Shown: positions 40,970 through 53,747 of the stretch, one piece after another
Numbering within the stretch: position 1 is the first letter of the stretch
How the letters are laid out: the number at the start of each line of letters is the position of its first letter
Assembly: GCF_009914755.1 (NCBI RefSeq)
Contig: NC_060933.1
From: the human T2T-CHM13v2.0 reference genome, Homo sapiens
Length of the DNA: 64,000 bases
Reading direction: 5' to 3' (one strand)
Notes under the pieces: model-generated
What the model saw: only the letters and a program-made list of their open reading frames with translations
Told to the model about the DNA's origin: nothing
The model's database searches: none
Translations under genes and position numbers: made by a program

Positions 40970-42077
40970 CTGTTCAGGAGACATAGCTTCATTACTACAC
41001 TAATCACTGGCAACAACCCACTTTGTCAACTCCAGCCACCATGTTGACCCTCTCATATTGCCAACCATTGTCATCAACATCATAGTCAGCGTGCCTCTTC
41101 TCTGTTGTCAATTCTGATAACTACCATAGACAACTATCTCATTAGTTCCAAGTCTGATATCCCCATCATCACTAATGACTGTCACTACAGTCACTGTCAC
41201 CAACTCTTAATATCAACATTCCAAATTTCATCTCATCATCCCATCATCCCAACCCTATCCTCATACTGACCTGCATCCCAGTAACTAAGACAATATGATG
41301 CCTCCATAGTTACCACTGTCACCCCCACTGTCACCTGGACTACCCCCTCCTACACCAGCATCACACATTCCCCCAAGCCTGGTTTTTCACTTCAACTTTT
41401 CCAGTTCCAAACTAAGACCTGGGTCAAGGGTAAAAGACAGTCCACAGGTGTTGCAGATCTGGAGGTAGGCTGGGGATCTGATGAGAGCGCCTAAGGGCCC
41501 AGCTTATGTAGAAATACTCTGTCTAGGGATCCAGCCATGGGGTCTGGGGAGAAGACAGGGGCAGGCAGAAGGTCTGGCTGGGGCGGGGGAATAGCAGGCA
41601 GAGAGCCTGCCTGGAATAGGGCAGGGGCAGGTAGAGGGTCTGGCTGGGATGGGGGGGGTCAGGGGGAGGGCAGTATCTGTCCCAGTCCTGTCTCCTGTTC
41701 TGACACCTCATTCATCACAGTCCGTAAGGAAGCCATTAGAGTTGGGGGGGGGGTGCGGTGGAGGCTGCAGCTGCACAAGGGTCTGGCCCAGCCTGCCCCC
41801 CCTTCCCCCTGCTGCATGTTCTGGGAGCCAGAAAAATGATCGAAAGAGCTGCTGGACAGGTCTCTCGGCCCTTCAGGTAAAGGACATTCACTTACACGTT
41901 CACAGGTGTATATGTCATGCATATATGTGCACATATATGTGCACTGTACATACCTGTGCAGAGGCATGTACATGCCATGTATACATGTGCATGCATGTGG
42001 ACATCCCCACCAATGGCACACATCCACTTACATTCCCACTGGAGTAGGCAGCAGGTCCCCCCAACCGCCACACGTAC

Positions 42078-42244
42078 CAATGGTGAACTCGTCAAAGGTG
42101 ATAGCTGTGGCATTGTGGCCCAGGGCATTGCTGACACTTATGGAGACCTTGTACTTGATGGTGGAGAACAGGTGCATGTAGCGAATGTGGCAGCGGTTCT
42201 TGAGGGCTGGGTCCTTCTCACAGACCATAATTTTGGAGCCATGC
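42078..42244 (-). CDS. CNTFR: CNTFR coding exon 4
   Basis: ccccag|G ... TTG|gtacgt; HGSKIMVCEKDPALKNRCHIRYMHLFS...FDEFTI; 167 nt. Confidence 0.97.
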
Positions 42245-42418
42245 CTGGGGAGAGGTGAGACCCAGGCACTGTTACGAACATCAAGGGTCAGGTGGGGCAG
42301 AGGTTGAGGAAAGGTCAAGCCCAAGGCAGGGCTGGGGTATGGACAGAGGGCATGGTGGTGGGATGGGGGAGAGGTCAGAGGTCAGGGCTGGACCCGGGTC
42401 ACAGGCGCAGCTACTCAC

Positions 42419-42536
42419 AGCACAGTCACATTGAAGGTGTTGGGAATGTAGGTGGGGGTGGGCAGATGCCAGCTGCAGTAGAAGCCCTTGGGGTAAGTGT
42501 TGGAGCGGCAGCTGAGCACAGGCTCCCGCGGCGGCA
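42419..42536 (-). CDS. CNTFR: CNTFR coding exon 3
   Basis: ccccag|TG ... GCT|gtgagt; PPREPVLSCRSNTYPKGFYCSWHLPTPTYIPNTFNVTVL (cytokine-receptor C...CxW); 118 nt. Confidence 0.96.
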
Positions 42537-45500
42537 CTGGGGGTGAGGACAGTATGGTCAGGGCATTCTTGGAGCTCCCAGTCCCCTGCACTGTATGGGG
42601 ACAGGTGGGCCCCAGAGCCCCAGCTCTCCCCCCTCAACCCATCATTGATGCCAAAGTTGTGGCGGGGAGGCTGTCAGCGAGGGTCTGAGGCTTCCCAGGC
42701 CACAAGAGCCAGATGTTTAATTAAAGAAAAACAAGGGCTGTGCGGACACGGAACCCCCCCTCCACCTGCTCAATGGAGGCAGGAACCGTGGGGAGCAGGG
42801 GGCTGCGGGCCTCAACTCATCAATCACAGGATGGAGGTGATGTCTGGGGGAATCGGCCCCAGCCCCACATCTCCTGCCACTTTGTGTCCACTCCCAGAGG
42901 AAGACTGTGCTGCAGAGACGAGGGGAGTCTTGAATGGGTCCTCCGACTGCTGGAGTATCGGGTGCACTTCCTAGAGAAGAGACACCCCAGACTTCCCTCA
43001 GTAGAGACAGAGACACGAGGACAGGCCTGGTGGCTACACAGGAACAGCACTGGGCAGCTGTTTGTATGCGTATCTGTGTTTGTAGATGTCTGCATGCAGG
43101 GGTATACGTGCTACATGCATGTCTCTATGTGACATGAATGAGTGACCAGGGATCCGTAGGAGCAGCTATGCGGATGTGTGTGAATCTGCATGTCTATGTA
43201 TGATTGTGTGTGTGTACAAGTGCCTGTTGAAAGGAAGCTGCTGTTCCCTTTGTGTGTACCTCACCTTAGTGCCAGCCCCCAGCATCTCCATCGCAGACCC
43301 TTTAAGAAGCCCTTTACATGGTAAGCAGCTGCCCTCACTCTGGAATAGGAAGGCCCAGAGAGGGATAAGGACCTCTCAAGGTCAGACAGTAAGCCAGAGC
43401 TAAACCCCAGGACAGGGGTAACCCTATACACACACACTTGGGAAGTCCTTTCTGCTGTCTAGCCCGCACTCTTTTTTGCTGCCGTGAGCACTTAGCCCAG
43501 CTGTCCCACCCTCAGGCATTGGGTAAGGCGTGAGGACAGGCGGCTCAGGTTCCTGGAAGGAGGCAGCTTATGTGATCTGACCCGAGCAAGGAATGTCCAT
43601 CTGCGGCTCCAGGGACACTGACACCTCCCTCCTGTGCCTCCCCCCTCCCCCGCCCCCGGCCTGACAGGTGGACAGGAAATGGGAGGGGGGCAGCGCAATA
43701 AGCCAGGGACAGTGAAGGGGAGTGCATGTCTATGCTTGTAGAGTGGCCATGGTGACACAGGGGAACAGTGGGCTTCCATCCACAGTGTGCACGTGACTGT
43801 GAGTGACTCTGTGTGATTGCGTGTGCGTGTCCAGTATGTGTGATGCTGGGAGGGGCCTGGGGCAGAACCCCCAGGATCCAGATCTAGCTTTGCAGCAGAA
43901 GAGATGAGGGGGCAGAGAGGCATCAGAACTCCAGGGCACCAGGTGGAGGGTGCAATGCTGTGGGCGGAGGCAGCTCCATTCCCCAGGCCTGTCAGGGAAA
44001 GCGGGGTCCAGCTGAGACCCCACAGGGCCAACCTGCATTCTGCCTTCCACTGTGTGCCTCCCTTGGGAAGCCTTCCGGGCCCTGCGTCCATCTCATGTCG
44101 TTCCATGTTCATCCTGTGTGCCTTTAGTGTCTCTTCCCTGTCTGCCCACGGGTGCAGAACTCTGCCTGGGGGTGGGGTGGGGGGCGGCCAAGGACACAGG
44201 AAGTGCCTTCTGGGGGCCTGTTGGCCAAGCCAGAGTTGGCAGCCACCCCAGGAGGAAAGGACATTCCGAGGTCGGCCGAGAAGCCTCCACTCCCCGCTCC
44301 TGCCACCGCTGGGGGTGGGGTGGGGATCGGAGTGTGCAGAGTCCGCTCCCTGCTGCCCCGGACTCCTCGGAGGGCAGAGCGGGCCACGGCACTGTACTCA
44401 CAGGCCCCCACCCCTGGCCAGCCTCCCCACTGACCAGGCTCCCCCACTCCCCGACTGTCCTCCCCCCTCAGACCGCGTCCCCTTCCAACCTCCCCCTCAC
44501 GCCAGTTCCTCTCCCTGACTGGGGAGGTCATGGTGGGGTGGGGGTTGGGGGGCTGACTGGAGGCTTTGTCTGTCATCTGGCTACTCCTGCCTGGCCCTGG
44601 GCCCTGAGCAGGGAAGGGCTTGGGTTTCCTGACAGGGACCAGGTTTCTCAGAGGGAAAAGGAGGAAAGAAAAACAAAAGGAAGAAAAGGAGTGACTTGCT
44701 GCAGCTGGAGCCCAGCTGAGGGGCCGGGTGGGCGGAGGTGGGGGTGCTGTGAGATTGTAGGACAGTGTGAGATCAGGATGCCTGTTGTGAGTGTGTTGTG
44801 AGTTGGAGGAAAAGCTGTTTTTAAGACGCTGTGATTGCAAGGCTGTGTGTAACTGTGAGGCTCCATGTGTGTGGCTGTGAGACTCTGGGCAGTTGTGTAA
44901 CTGTAGGATGGGAGGCTGTGTGGGACTGGATGACTGTGTTTGCACGTGACTCAGGGTGAGGCTGTTCAATCTCGAGACTGTCTCTATGTGCTAGGCTGTG
45001 TGGCCAAGGTACTCTGTTAGAGTGCCTGTAAGTGTGCCATTGTGTCTGAACACAGTGACAGCTAGAGCTCATACATGAGGCAGTGCATATGTGATGGAGC
45101 ATAGTGAGGCTGAATGTATTTTGCAAACTGTGCATGTGGGAGGGTGCCCAGAATTCACAGCATGTTCACACGTATGAACTGAACACCGTGTGAGTGCATG
45201 TTAAAGAGAGTGTGTGAGCAAATGCTCTTATGCACACAGGTCACAGTATCAGGCTCTGGGCATACACGGCATCTGGGTTGCCCCTTGTGGGGGCTCTTGA
45301 GACACCCAAGTGACTGTCAGCCTGTGGCAGGGTGTCCCTGGGTCCCACGCGGGGCTGTGTGCGCGTGTGTATGTGTGCGTGTGCCCCCACTGGCCCAGGG
45401 TTTGTTTGTTTTCCTCCTAATTGGCTTGTTTTTCCATGTCCAGCCCACCAAACCGCATGTTTTTCCTCTCATCTCGCCAGCCTGCCTGGGCTGGAGCCCC

Positions 45501-46889
45501 CGGCACGCATGAGGCCTGCCCGCCGGCCCAGAGAGGAGGAGGGGCAAGCTGCCCACACCCTAGGCCAGGCCAGATCAGGCAGGGTGGGGCAGGGTGACCC
45601 TTCCACTCCAGCCCTACCCACGCCCCACCCACACGCCGCCTCCTGCCTGGCACTCAAGGCTCAGGCCTGGCTCAGCCTTATCTCGTGGCATCCCTTGAGG
45701 CATTCCAACTTCTGGACTCCCAAATGCCCCGGCGACCTCCCACTTGTGATTTCTCCCCAGACGTCTTCTTTGACCATAGCCCTCTCCTCACTCTTTCCTT
45801 TCCAGCCAAACAGGGCTGCAGGGAAAGCAGTGCTGAACCAGGGGACCCAGAGCTTCCATCCTAACCAATCAAATAAAAGTTTTAAAAAACTGGAGAAGGA
45901 ACTGTCCATTTAAAAATCATTTTAATCTCTGGTTTGTTTTAGCTTAAGATCAGAACGATACAGAATCAGCAGTGTCTTGTAAATAAAAAGATGCTACTAA
46001 AAGCAACACTGTGATCCTGCTTCCTAATGTGGGGGGTCCTTCCGTCATCCTAGGGAGGAGAGGAGTCCTTAGGGCTCTGCTCGTGAGGATCCACTTGAGA
46101 GCAAGAAGGTGGATCAGGAGAAAGCAGTTCAGGGATTAGCCTGGTTAAGGAGACTTCCAACAGAATACTGTTAAGACCAAGTTCCCTTGTAAATAGAGAC
46201 AAATTGCATGTGTTTGGGATAAATATTAAATAATTTTTGGTTTGAATGACCCACAAATCAGGGGTAACTCTGTCCTGTTCTCTGAGAGCTGGCAGGAAGG
46301 ATAATTTGATACTGAGTGTTGCCAAAGCCAGTCTCTTGTTACTAATATAAAGTGACTGAGACGATAATGATTAATATCCCCTGTTCCTCTGACCAGGTCT
46401 TTAGAAGGAAATAATGCAATGAGAGATAAGTACCTGAAACTAATGCTACAGCCAACTCATGGCCAGCCTTCATCTGGCAGCAGGGCCTGGAGGGCAGTGA
46501 GCACTCTATATAAAAGGTCTGGGCCCTGGTCACAACAGGGCAGCTGTGGGCATGTCCCGTGGGTATAGACTATGGACATTACTTCAAGACCCAATTCCCC
46601 TCCAACGACCTCTCAAAGAAGATCACATCATCAAGAATGGGGGTCCAGGGTCATCAAGGCCCAGCCATCACAGTCAGTCTTGTCCATCCTGAGGACTTCT
46701 GGGCCCAAACTGAGAAGACAGGGATGTGGGTGACCGGTGCCAAGTTGGGTTCATCCTTTTTCCATGGCACTCAGTAAATGGCCCTTTTCCCTCTGAAAGG
46801 GCCTGGGGCTAGGCTGAGTGCTCCACTTCTGATGGACCCCATAGTGCGCCAAGGAGAATTCTGTTAGGCTGGTCCTGCATTTCTCAAGC

Positions 46890-46908
46890 TGGCCAACAGG
46901 GGTCACTC
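46890..46908 (+). promoter_or_regulatory. Candidate intronic CTCF site
   Basis: TGGCCAACAGGGGTCACT with an upstream CTGCA element. Confidence 0.45.
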
Positions 46909-47739
46909 CACCCATGGCTTGCAACTAAAATGTTGGGTTTTGAACGCCATCTCTTCAGTTTAGACACATTAAACAATAACCAAAAAAAAGGCCTTCCCAT
47001 GGGGAAAGGTACATTCCCACCAAAATACATTTTCACACCTCTTTAAGCCCTACTGGTGGGTCAGCGTTTTTGTGGAAGACCCTGAACAACCCTTCAGCCT
47101 AACATTTTACACAGTGTTCTACACCAGTCTTCTGACAGCGAGGCAAGTGTCTGCTCCCAGATCCCTTAAACATCTGCTAGGTAGCTTCTACGGAATAAGG
47201 AGACGACTTTTGGGCAGTGGGGTGAACCATACCCAAATAAAATGAGGCCAGAGGAGCTTGAATCATTGGCTCAGGAGAAAAGAAATGAAGAAATGGAACT
47301 ATGTTCAGAGTATTCACTCTGTTGGTGGGTACCTCCAGCTGGGATCTGGATGCCTGCCCACCTCACCCTCAGCAATGGTGATGGCCTTGTCATTCTGACT
47401 TCTCAAAATCCCTCTTCCAAATCACACTCACCTGGTCTTCCCTCTACCTTCTTGCTGGCTCCTTCTTATTTCTTTTTGTGGCTCATTTCCCTCCATCGAC
47501 CTCTTTAAATGCTGATGGTCTTTAGGGCTCAATTCTGGGTCCTCTTCTCTCTTCACTCCATGATCTCTCCCTTGGCCATCTCACACCCTCCCATGGCCTT
47601 AATGCTGACAACCCCCCACAAATATCCATCTCCAGCAGAGGCCTCTCCCCGAATCCCAGACGCTCAGACCCACTGGTTACCAGCCATCAACTCCCGGTTG
47701 TCCTCCAAGGATCCCACTGAACAGGTCTGCAGCAGATGT

Positions 47740-48176
47740 CTAGGGAGCCGCCGATCCCTTGCCCATACTATTAATACTTCTCACTCCCAAATTCTGCAGT
47801 TATTCGCCTAAGAGCTTTCTTTTGCTTTGCCTGCTGGGACATCAGGGCAAAAGTGCTGGGGAATCAAAGAGCCTCCCTCCCACCCCAGGTGAATCTCTCA
47901 ACCACTGATGGGCAGGAGCTAGTGTATACACATCCCAGCTCCCTCACCCTCAGGCAGGGCAACTCAGGTGCACGTTCTGCATCTGCACCTTCGGTGGTTA
48001 ACCTCAGTCGCCAAGAGGCAATGTCTGGATAACTCACTCTTTACTGACTAACCTAACTTCCTTTTTGTGTGTCACTTTCCCATTCCTTCACGGTATTTCC
48101 TTCACCTGCCAAACAAACTACTTGCATAAGAATTCTCATCTTGGGATCTGATTCTAGGGAAACCCAAACTAAGACA
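47740..48176 (+). mobile_element. Old ERVL LTR (LTR16-like) between L2-like fragments
   Basis: Ends ...ctagggaaacccaaactaagaca, a typical LTR16 terminus; start approximate. Confidence 0.55.
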
Positions 48177-49150
48177 CTGTTCAAACAGCACACATTATCT
48201 TTTCCTTCCGTTTTCTTCCTGTTGCAGTCATGGATTCCTCCAGCTGTCTTGACTCCTCCCACCTTCTACTCTCCTGTCCTTCCCACCTCCAATCCATCAC
48301 CAATTCTTCGACGTCCAACTGCGCCTTCTCAGCTTCCCCAGCTCCATGCCCTGGTCCCAGGTCCTCATCCTCTCTCCTGCATCCAGTAACAGTCTCCTTC
48401 CTACCTTGGTTTTTCTCCATCCAACCTGCCTCCCTCCACTCAGAGTGATCTTTTAAGAACATGACCCAGAAGATGTCACTGCCCAGCTTGCAGGATCATG
48501 ATCTGCCCCCCGTCCCTTCCTTCAGCTCCCTCTCCACATCAACACCAGCCCAAGTGGCCTTTACATGCCCTCCCAGCCGCTGAGGCCTACGGTCACACCC
48601 AGCTCTCTGCCAGAAATGATGTTTCAATGCGTCTTCTAAATCACCGTTCGCTTCCCAAGTCTCCATTCGCTTCCCACTCCAGGATGCCTTCCTCCTTCCC
48701 TGGGGCCTCCTGGAGCGCCTTGCCTGTACCTGCATAACCACATATCCCACTTCCCTCCCTGAGGCCCTCTGACTAGCCCTTGTGGGAGCAGACACAGTGA
48801 GGCTCCTCCAGCTCAGATCCGTGACCTGAGGGTCTCTCCCCACTCATGTCCCAGGTGAGCCATGCCTTACCAGCTCTCTGCCTATGTTGTCAGAGGGAAT
48901 AGGGTTTTAGGATACCCAAGACCTCCACGGGGGTGGGATGTGTGGGCAAATTGTCTAGGGGTCTGGACTCAGTGGGTAAGACTGGGCTCAGAGGCCAGAA
49001 GAGCGGGCCAGGACAAAATCAGAGGGCAAGGGTCAGGCTGCAGCTCTCCCCTCTCCATGTCCCCCTAACAGGAAGGGGACTTGATCTGGGCTAGGAGTCT
49101 GGGTCTCAAGGAAGGAGGGAGGCTGGATGAGGGGTGGGGGCAACACTTAC

Positions 49151-49384
49151 AGCCCACATGCAGCAGGACTTGGTGGCGCAGGTGCCAGGAGTCACGGTGG
49201 AAGCAGGCGTAGAGGCCACTGTGGCCCAGTTCCAGGCCATGGAGCACCAGCTGAGAGCCGTTGAGCAGGTCAGGGGCCAGGTCTGTCCCATTTACCCGCC
49301 ACGTCACCGCAGCATCCCAGTTTGCTGTCCCACATGGCAGTGTCACGTCAGAGCCCAGGCGCTCGTACTGCACATGGGGTGCCT
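49151..49384 (-). CDS. CNTFR: CNTFR coding exon 2 (Ig-like domain)
   Basis: cccacag|AG ... GCT|gtaagt; EAPHVQYERLGSDVTLPC...GLYACFHRDSWHLRHQVLLHVG; 234 nt. Confidence 0.97.
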
Positions 49385-52300
49385 CTGTGGGGGGTGGGGG
49401 CACAGGGCAAAAGTCACAGGTCACAGCCCGGCCCAGCACCCGCAGGCGAGCGTGCTCAGACAAGAGCCTGTGAGGATGGATGAGTGAGGACGAGAGGCTC
49501 GGTGTCTGTGTGAGTGTTTGGGGAGATGAAGAGTGTTCAAAGCTCCTCTATGCCTGTGCAAGTGTGTGGGTATATGAATGTCTCCAAATGTGAATGTGAG
49601 TGAGCATGTACAGGGGCTAGGTATGTGAATGGGCGATCTTCTGTGTGTGTGTGTTTGCATGTGACAGAGAGTTTGCATAGTGCTGAGAGGGGTCAGTTCT
49701 CAGAGAAAACCCAGTTCCTCTCCAGTCCCTGGGTTTTTTAAAGTTTCCTGACCCCCATGACCCGGATCTCTTGCCACCCACAGGCCCAGCCCAGTTACTG
49801 ACGTCCATTATTACCCAGGCAAGCTGGCATTGAGGGGCCCCACTCCTGGACTCCTTTTTCGGTCTCCTTATCTCTTTCTCTTCCCCACCCCATCCTTGTC
49901 TCTTTCTGTCCTGTCTCTACCCCCCACCTCCCCCATCTCTCTTCCTGTCTCTCTCCCTTTCCTCTGCCTTCCCAGCCTGCCACCCCACAACAACCCGCCC
50001 CTCAGCCATCCAGGGCTCAGGCAGCAGCAGGAGAAGGGAGAATGGGCAGCAGGGAACCCTAGGGAACTCCTGGCAGCTGTCAAGTTCACAAGGCAGGAAC
50101 TACTTAGGGCAGGTTGGGGGCTTGGGGGGTGCGGTGCTGCTGGGATGGAGTGAGCACTCTGACCATTCCTCTCCTACCCCCAGGAGCGGCCTGTCAGAGC
50201 CAAAAGCAAACCCCAGCCCTGCCTTCAGCAACCCAGGCGTGATGGACAGAGCCCAGGAGACTGGAAATGGAAGGGTGGAGGCGAGCACCTGTCGACAGGC
50301 AGCACGAAGTGGGGGAAGCGATCAGGGCAGAGAGGCAGATTTAAGATGCAGGCACACAGAGATAGGGAGATGGGAATCTCAGGACACCCCCTTCTCATCC
50401 TACCCGCTGAGCCTGAGAGACAGACACTTCCCAGGTCTTGGCCAGATCTGCGGAGTGAGGGTGGGAGAGGAGAAGGGAAGGGGGAGAGGGCAGCAGTTGG
50501 GGTGGGGGGCTGCGGGATCCCTCGTTAACACTCGCTTACATCTCCCCTCCAGAGAGCCACCCTGCTGAGTTGGGGGATTTTTAGAGGCAATTCCTGTTAA
50601 CGAGCCAATTAAGTTGGGCCAGTGGCCTCTTAATTAGGCTTGTTAACACCACCAAGACTGCAGGGGTGTAGGGATCCCCCTTGGACCCACTGGCCACCCC
50701 CTCCTCCCATTGCAGCCCCCTCCTCAGCCCTGCTTTGCTCTGCGCTGGAACATCTGTCCCGGTTTGCTGCCTCTGTCGTCCTCGCTGTGCCAGGGTCTCT
50801 CTGTGACTCCGGGTCTCTCTCCCTCGCTGCCTATCTCTATCCTGCCCCTCTCTGTCCCTGTCAGAGAAGAAGGAAGCAGGAAACCCAGCCAGCCCTGACC
50901 ACTCATCTGTGGAGCCTGGGACCAGCCGAACAGACGATGAACGGGCGGAAGGGCGGTGGCTGGGGGCCTTGGAGGCCACAGCTGTGAGGCTGGACCAGAC
51001 ACTAAACAGGGGCCTCCCCCTGACCAGAGGCCCAGTGTCCAAGACTCCGGCCACTGAGCGCCCCCAACAGTCCACCAGCTCCAGCCACTGAGCCCCCCTC
51101 CAGCCTCCCTTCCAAAAACCTGGAGCTTCCAGGAAACATGCCAAGCCCCTCTCTCTGCACCCCCTAGCAGAGACTTTGCATCCAGCTGCCTGAGGAGGAG
51201 GCTGAAAACTGACCTTTGGGGAGGGGGCGTGGCCATCATGGTCCCAGCAGCAACACATCAACACTGACCAGGCAGCTCAACGCTAACGTGGACCCAGTGT
51301 GGCCCTTAATCCTGGGGAGCAGGTACGGCCACCACACGAGGACACAGCAACCGAACAACACATTACATACAATGGCTATGGGATAACACCTCCCCACCAC
51401 ACCTTGTCTGCTGCACAAAAAAAGTAGAAACGCAACCTGACAATAATGACAGACCGATGATGTAAAGGCAGGGCAGAACGAAAAAATGACAACACAATGG
51501 CAGAAGACAACGACAGGCCACAATGGAGAGGTGGAGGGGTAAGAGGACATGACAAGCACACAGTGTCACAACTGCTACAATAACACAACAATGGCAATAC
51601 ACGCAGCCATGCAACTGCTCCAAAGATGGCAGTGATTTAATCTTTTGTCTCTGGACAGCTCTGCTCCCGCCCCGTGGGTGCCCCTACTGATGTGCTGTCC
51701 ATTTCAGAAATTAAATCAAGCAGCAGGGGGAGGATGGGGTTCTTGGCCCTGACGCGGTGACAAATGCTCCAAAGGAATCAGCTGTGAAAAGGTTGTTAGA
51801 AGCCAGGATGAGAGACAGAGACGGGATGAGGTCATGGACATGGAGAACACAGAGGGACAGAGCTGACGGCTCCCTCACACCTGCACACACAGGCTCACAG
51901 GGGGACCACATGTCAGAAACAGTCCCCCCGGGCATCCCAAAGCAACTTCACTTTGCCACACACAAAGGAACAAGGGCAGTCACCCCTAAAGAAGAAGGAC
52001 ATGCAGGACAGTCATCCACAAGGCCACAGTCACACACAAGTTCACAGTCACACAGGGACACTGTCTCACTTCAGGGATGGTAACACCTGATACGAGATCA
52101 CATGTACACGTACAAGAAGGGCACCATCACCTAAAGGCACAGCAGTTATGCCCAGGGACACAGGGAGACAGTTTAATACAAACACACAAAGAGAAACAGA
52201 GAGACACAATTACATGTGGGGTACAGTCTCAAACACAAGGATACAGCCCCACAAAGGGCATGCAGACAGGCAAGGTGACATAGACAGACAATGTCACACG

Positions 52301-52559
52301 TGAGGAACAGTCCACAAGGATACAGCCACACAGAGAAATGCACTCAAACAGGGACACACTCTCACCCTCACAAGAACACAGTTTCACACTCTCAGAGAGG
52401 TGGCCTTATGTCCAGGACCATGGGGACACAAGGTAGAGACCACTGGCAGGCCCTAGGGATGCCCAGTCAATGCCCCTGGGGCTGGCCAGGATCTCTCCGG
52501 GTCTCACTGATGATCTCATAAAGAAGAGGCCATATAAGCCTCGACTCACTACCCACAGC

Positions 52560-52708
52560 CTTGAGGGTGGCAGAGCCCAGCCACCAGGGTCTGCTCCATG
52601 CCTGGTCCCTGGAGAGGCCCTCACCCTCTCTGCTTTCACCCAACCCGACTGACACGGAGTAGGAGGTGGGAATCATGCAGGCAGGGAGCTTAGGAAGCCT
52701 GGTTCAAG
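52560..52708 (+). ncRNA. CNTFR-AS1: Probable first exon of the antisense lncRNA CNTFR-AS1
   Basis: TATA-like TATAAG at 52533-52538 and a consensus donor AAG|GTGAGT at 52708/52709; agrees with my recollection of an antisense RNA starting near the CNTFR ATG exon. TSS inferred. Confidence 0.45.
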
Positions 52709-52713
52709 GTGAG
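52607..52713 (+). repeat. 107-bp direct repeat, copy 1
   Basis: 105/107 identical to 53641-53747. Confidence 0.97.
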
Positions 52714-53447
52714 TTTTGAGTTCAGACCTCGGGCTGATGTTGCTGTTTGAGGTGCTGCCTCAAGTGCAGTAGAGGGGCAGGTGGCCAAGTTAAGAGGGCC
52801 TCTGTTAACACCGCTCCTTGTCCTGTGGGCTGTGGGCAGGCCTTGCCCCTCACTGGAGAAATAGGTAAAGGGAGGGCAGGGAGGCTGCCAATGGCCGAGC
52901 CCTGAGCTGTCCCTCCCCCGTGTGGCCATTCCAGCTGATTAACCTGTCCCTTCCTTAGTGCACTGGCTCTCTCCCGCATGTTAGCCTGTCCCTTCGTCTC
53001 ATTCTCAGTCCACCTTCTCTGTCCCCATCCTCCGTCTGGGATGAAGCTGAGGGTAGAAGGTGACCTGCAGTCTTGCCCACTGTCTCCAATCGGTGCCTCC
53101 AACTGCACCCCACAAATCTCCGAGAGATCCCCTTTCACCCAGATACAATATACAGGTCCCGCCCCAGCCTCCCCCGTCAACTCCCATCCCACCTGCCTGT
53201 ACCCTATGCCACCCTAGTAAGAAGACAGATCATCTCAAGCCAGAGACACCGTCAGCATTCGACCACCCTAGTGTGAGTGTGGAGGACTGTGCATATCAGT
53301 GTCACATGACTCCATGTCCCTCTGGGTGGTCATGTGTGACAATGCCAGTGTGTGACTCTTGGGTAGTGTCAGGATGCAGCTATGCCAGTGAGGGTTCATG
53401 CCCAGCTCTGAGAGGGGGGTCAGCAGGCGGCTCCCGTGAGCACTCAC

Positions 53448-53532
53448 CCTGTGGACTGTGTCTCTGGGCGTAGACAACTGCGGCGGCGGCGGCAAGCACA
53501 GCACAGCAGGCCCACGGGACAGGAGCAGCCAT
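53448..53532 (-). CDS. CNTFR: CNTFR coding exon 1 (signal peptide)
   Basis: cccaacag|ATG (exon starts on the ATG) ... CAGG|gtgagt; MAAPVPWACCAVLAAAAAVVYAQRHSPQ; 85 nt. Confidence 0.97.
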
Positions 53533-53640
53533 CTGTTGGGAGAAACCGGGGTGGGGGAGGGGACAGCATCAGCCCAGGCAGGACTGTCCTGGGGAGCCCC
53601 TCCTGTTCTCAGGCAAGACTGGGAAATCCCAGCCCTAGGG

Positions 53641-53747
53641 CCCTGGAGAGGCCCTCACCCGCTCTGCTTTCACCCAACCCGACTGACACGGAGTAGGAGG
53701 TGGGAATCATGCAGGCAGGGAGCTTAGGAAGCCTGGTTTAAGGTGAG
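53641..53747 (+). repeat. 107-bp direct repeat, copy 2
   Basis: Offset 1034 bp from copy 1; two substitutions. Confidence 0.97.
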
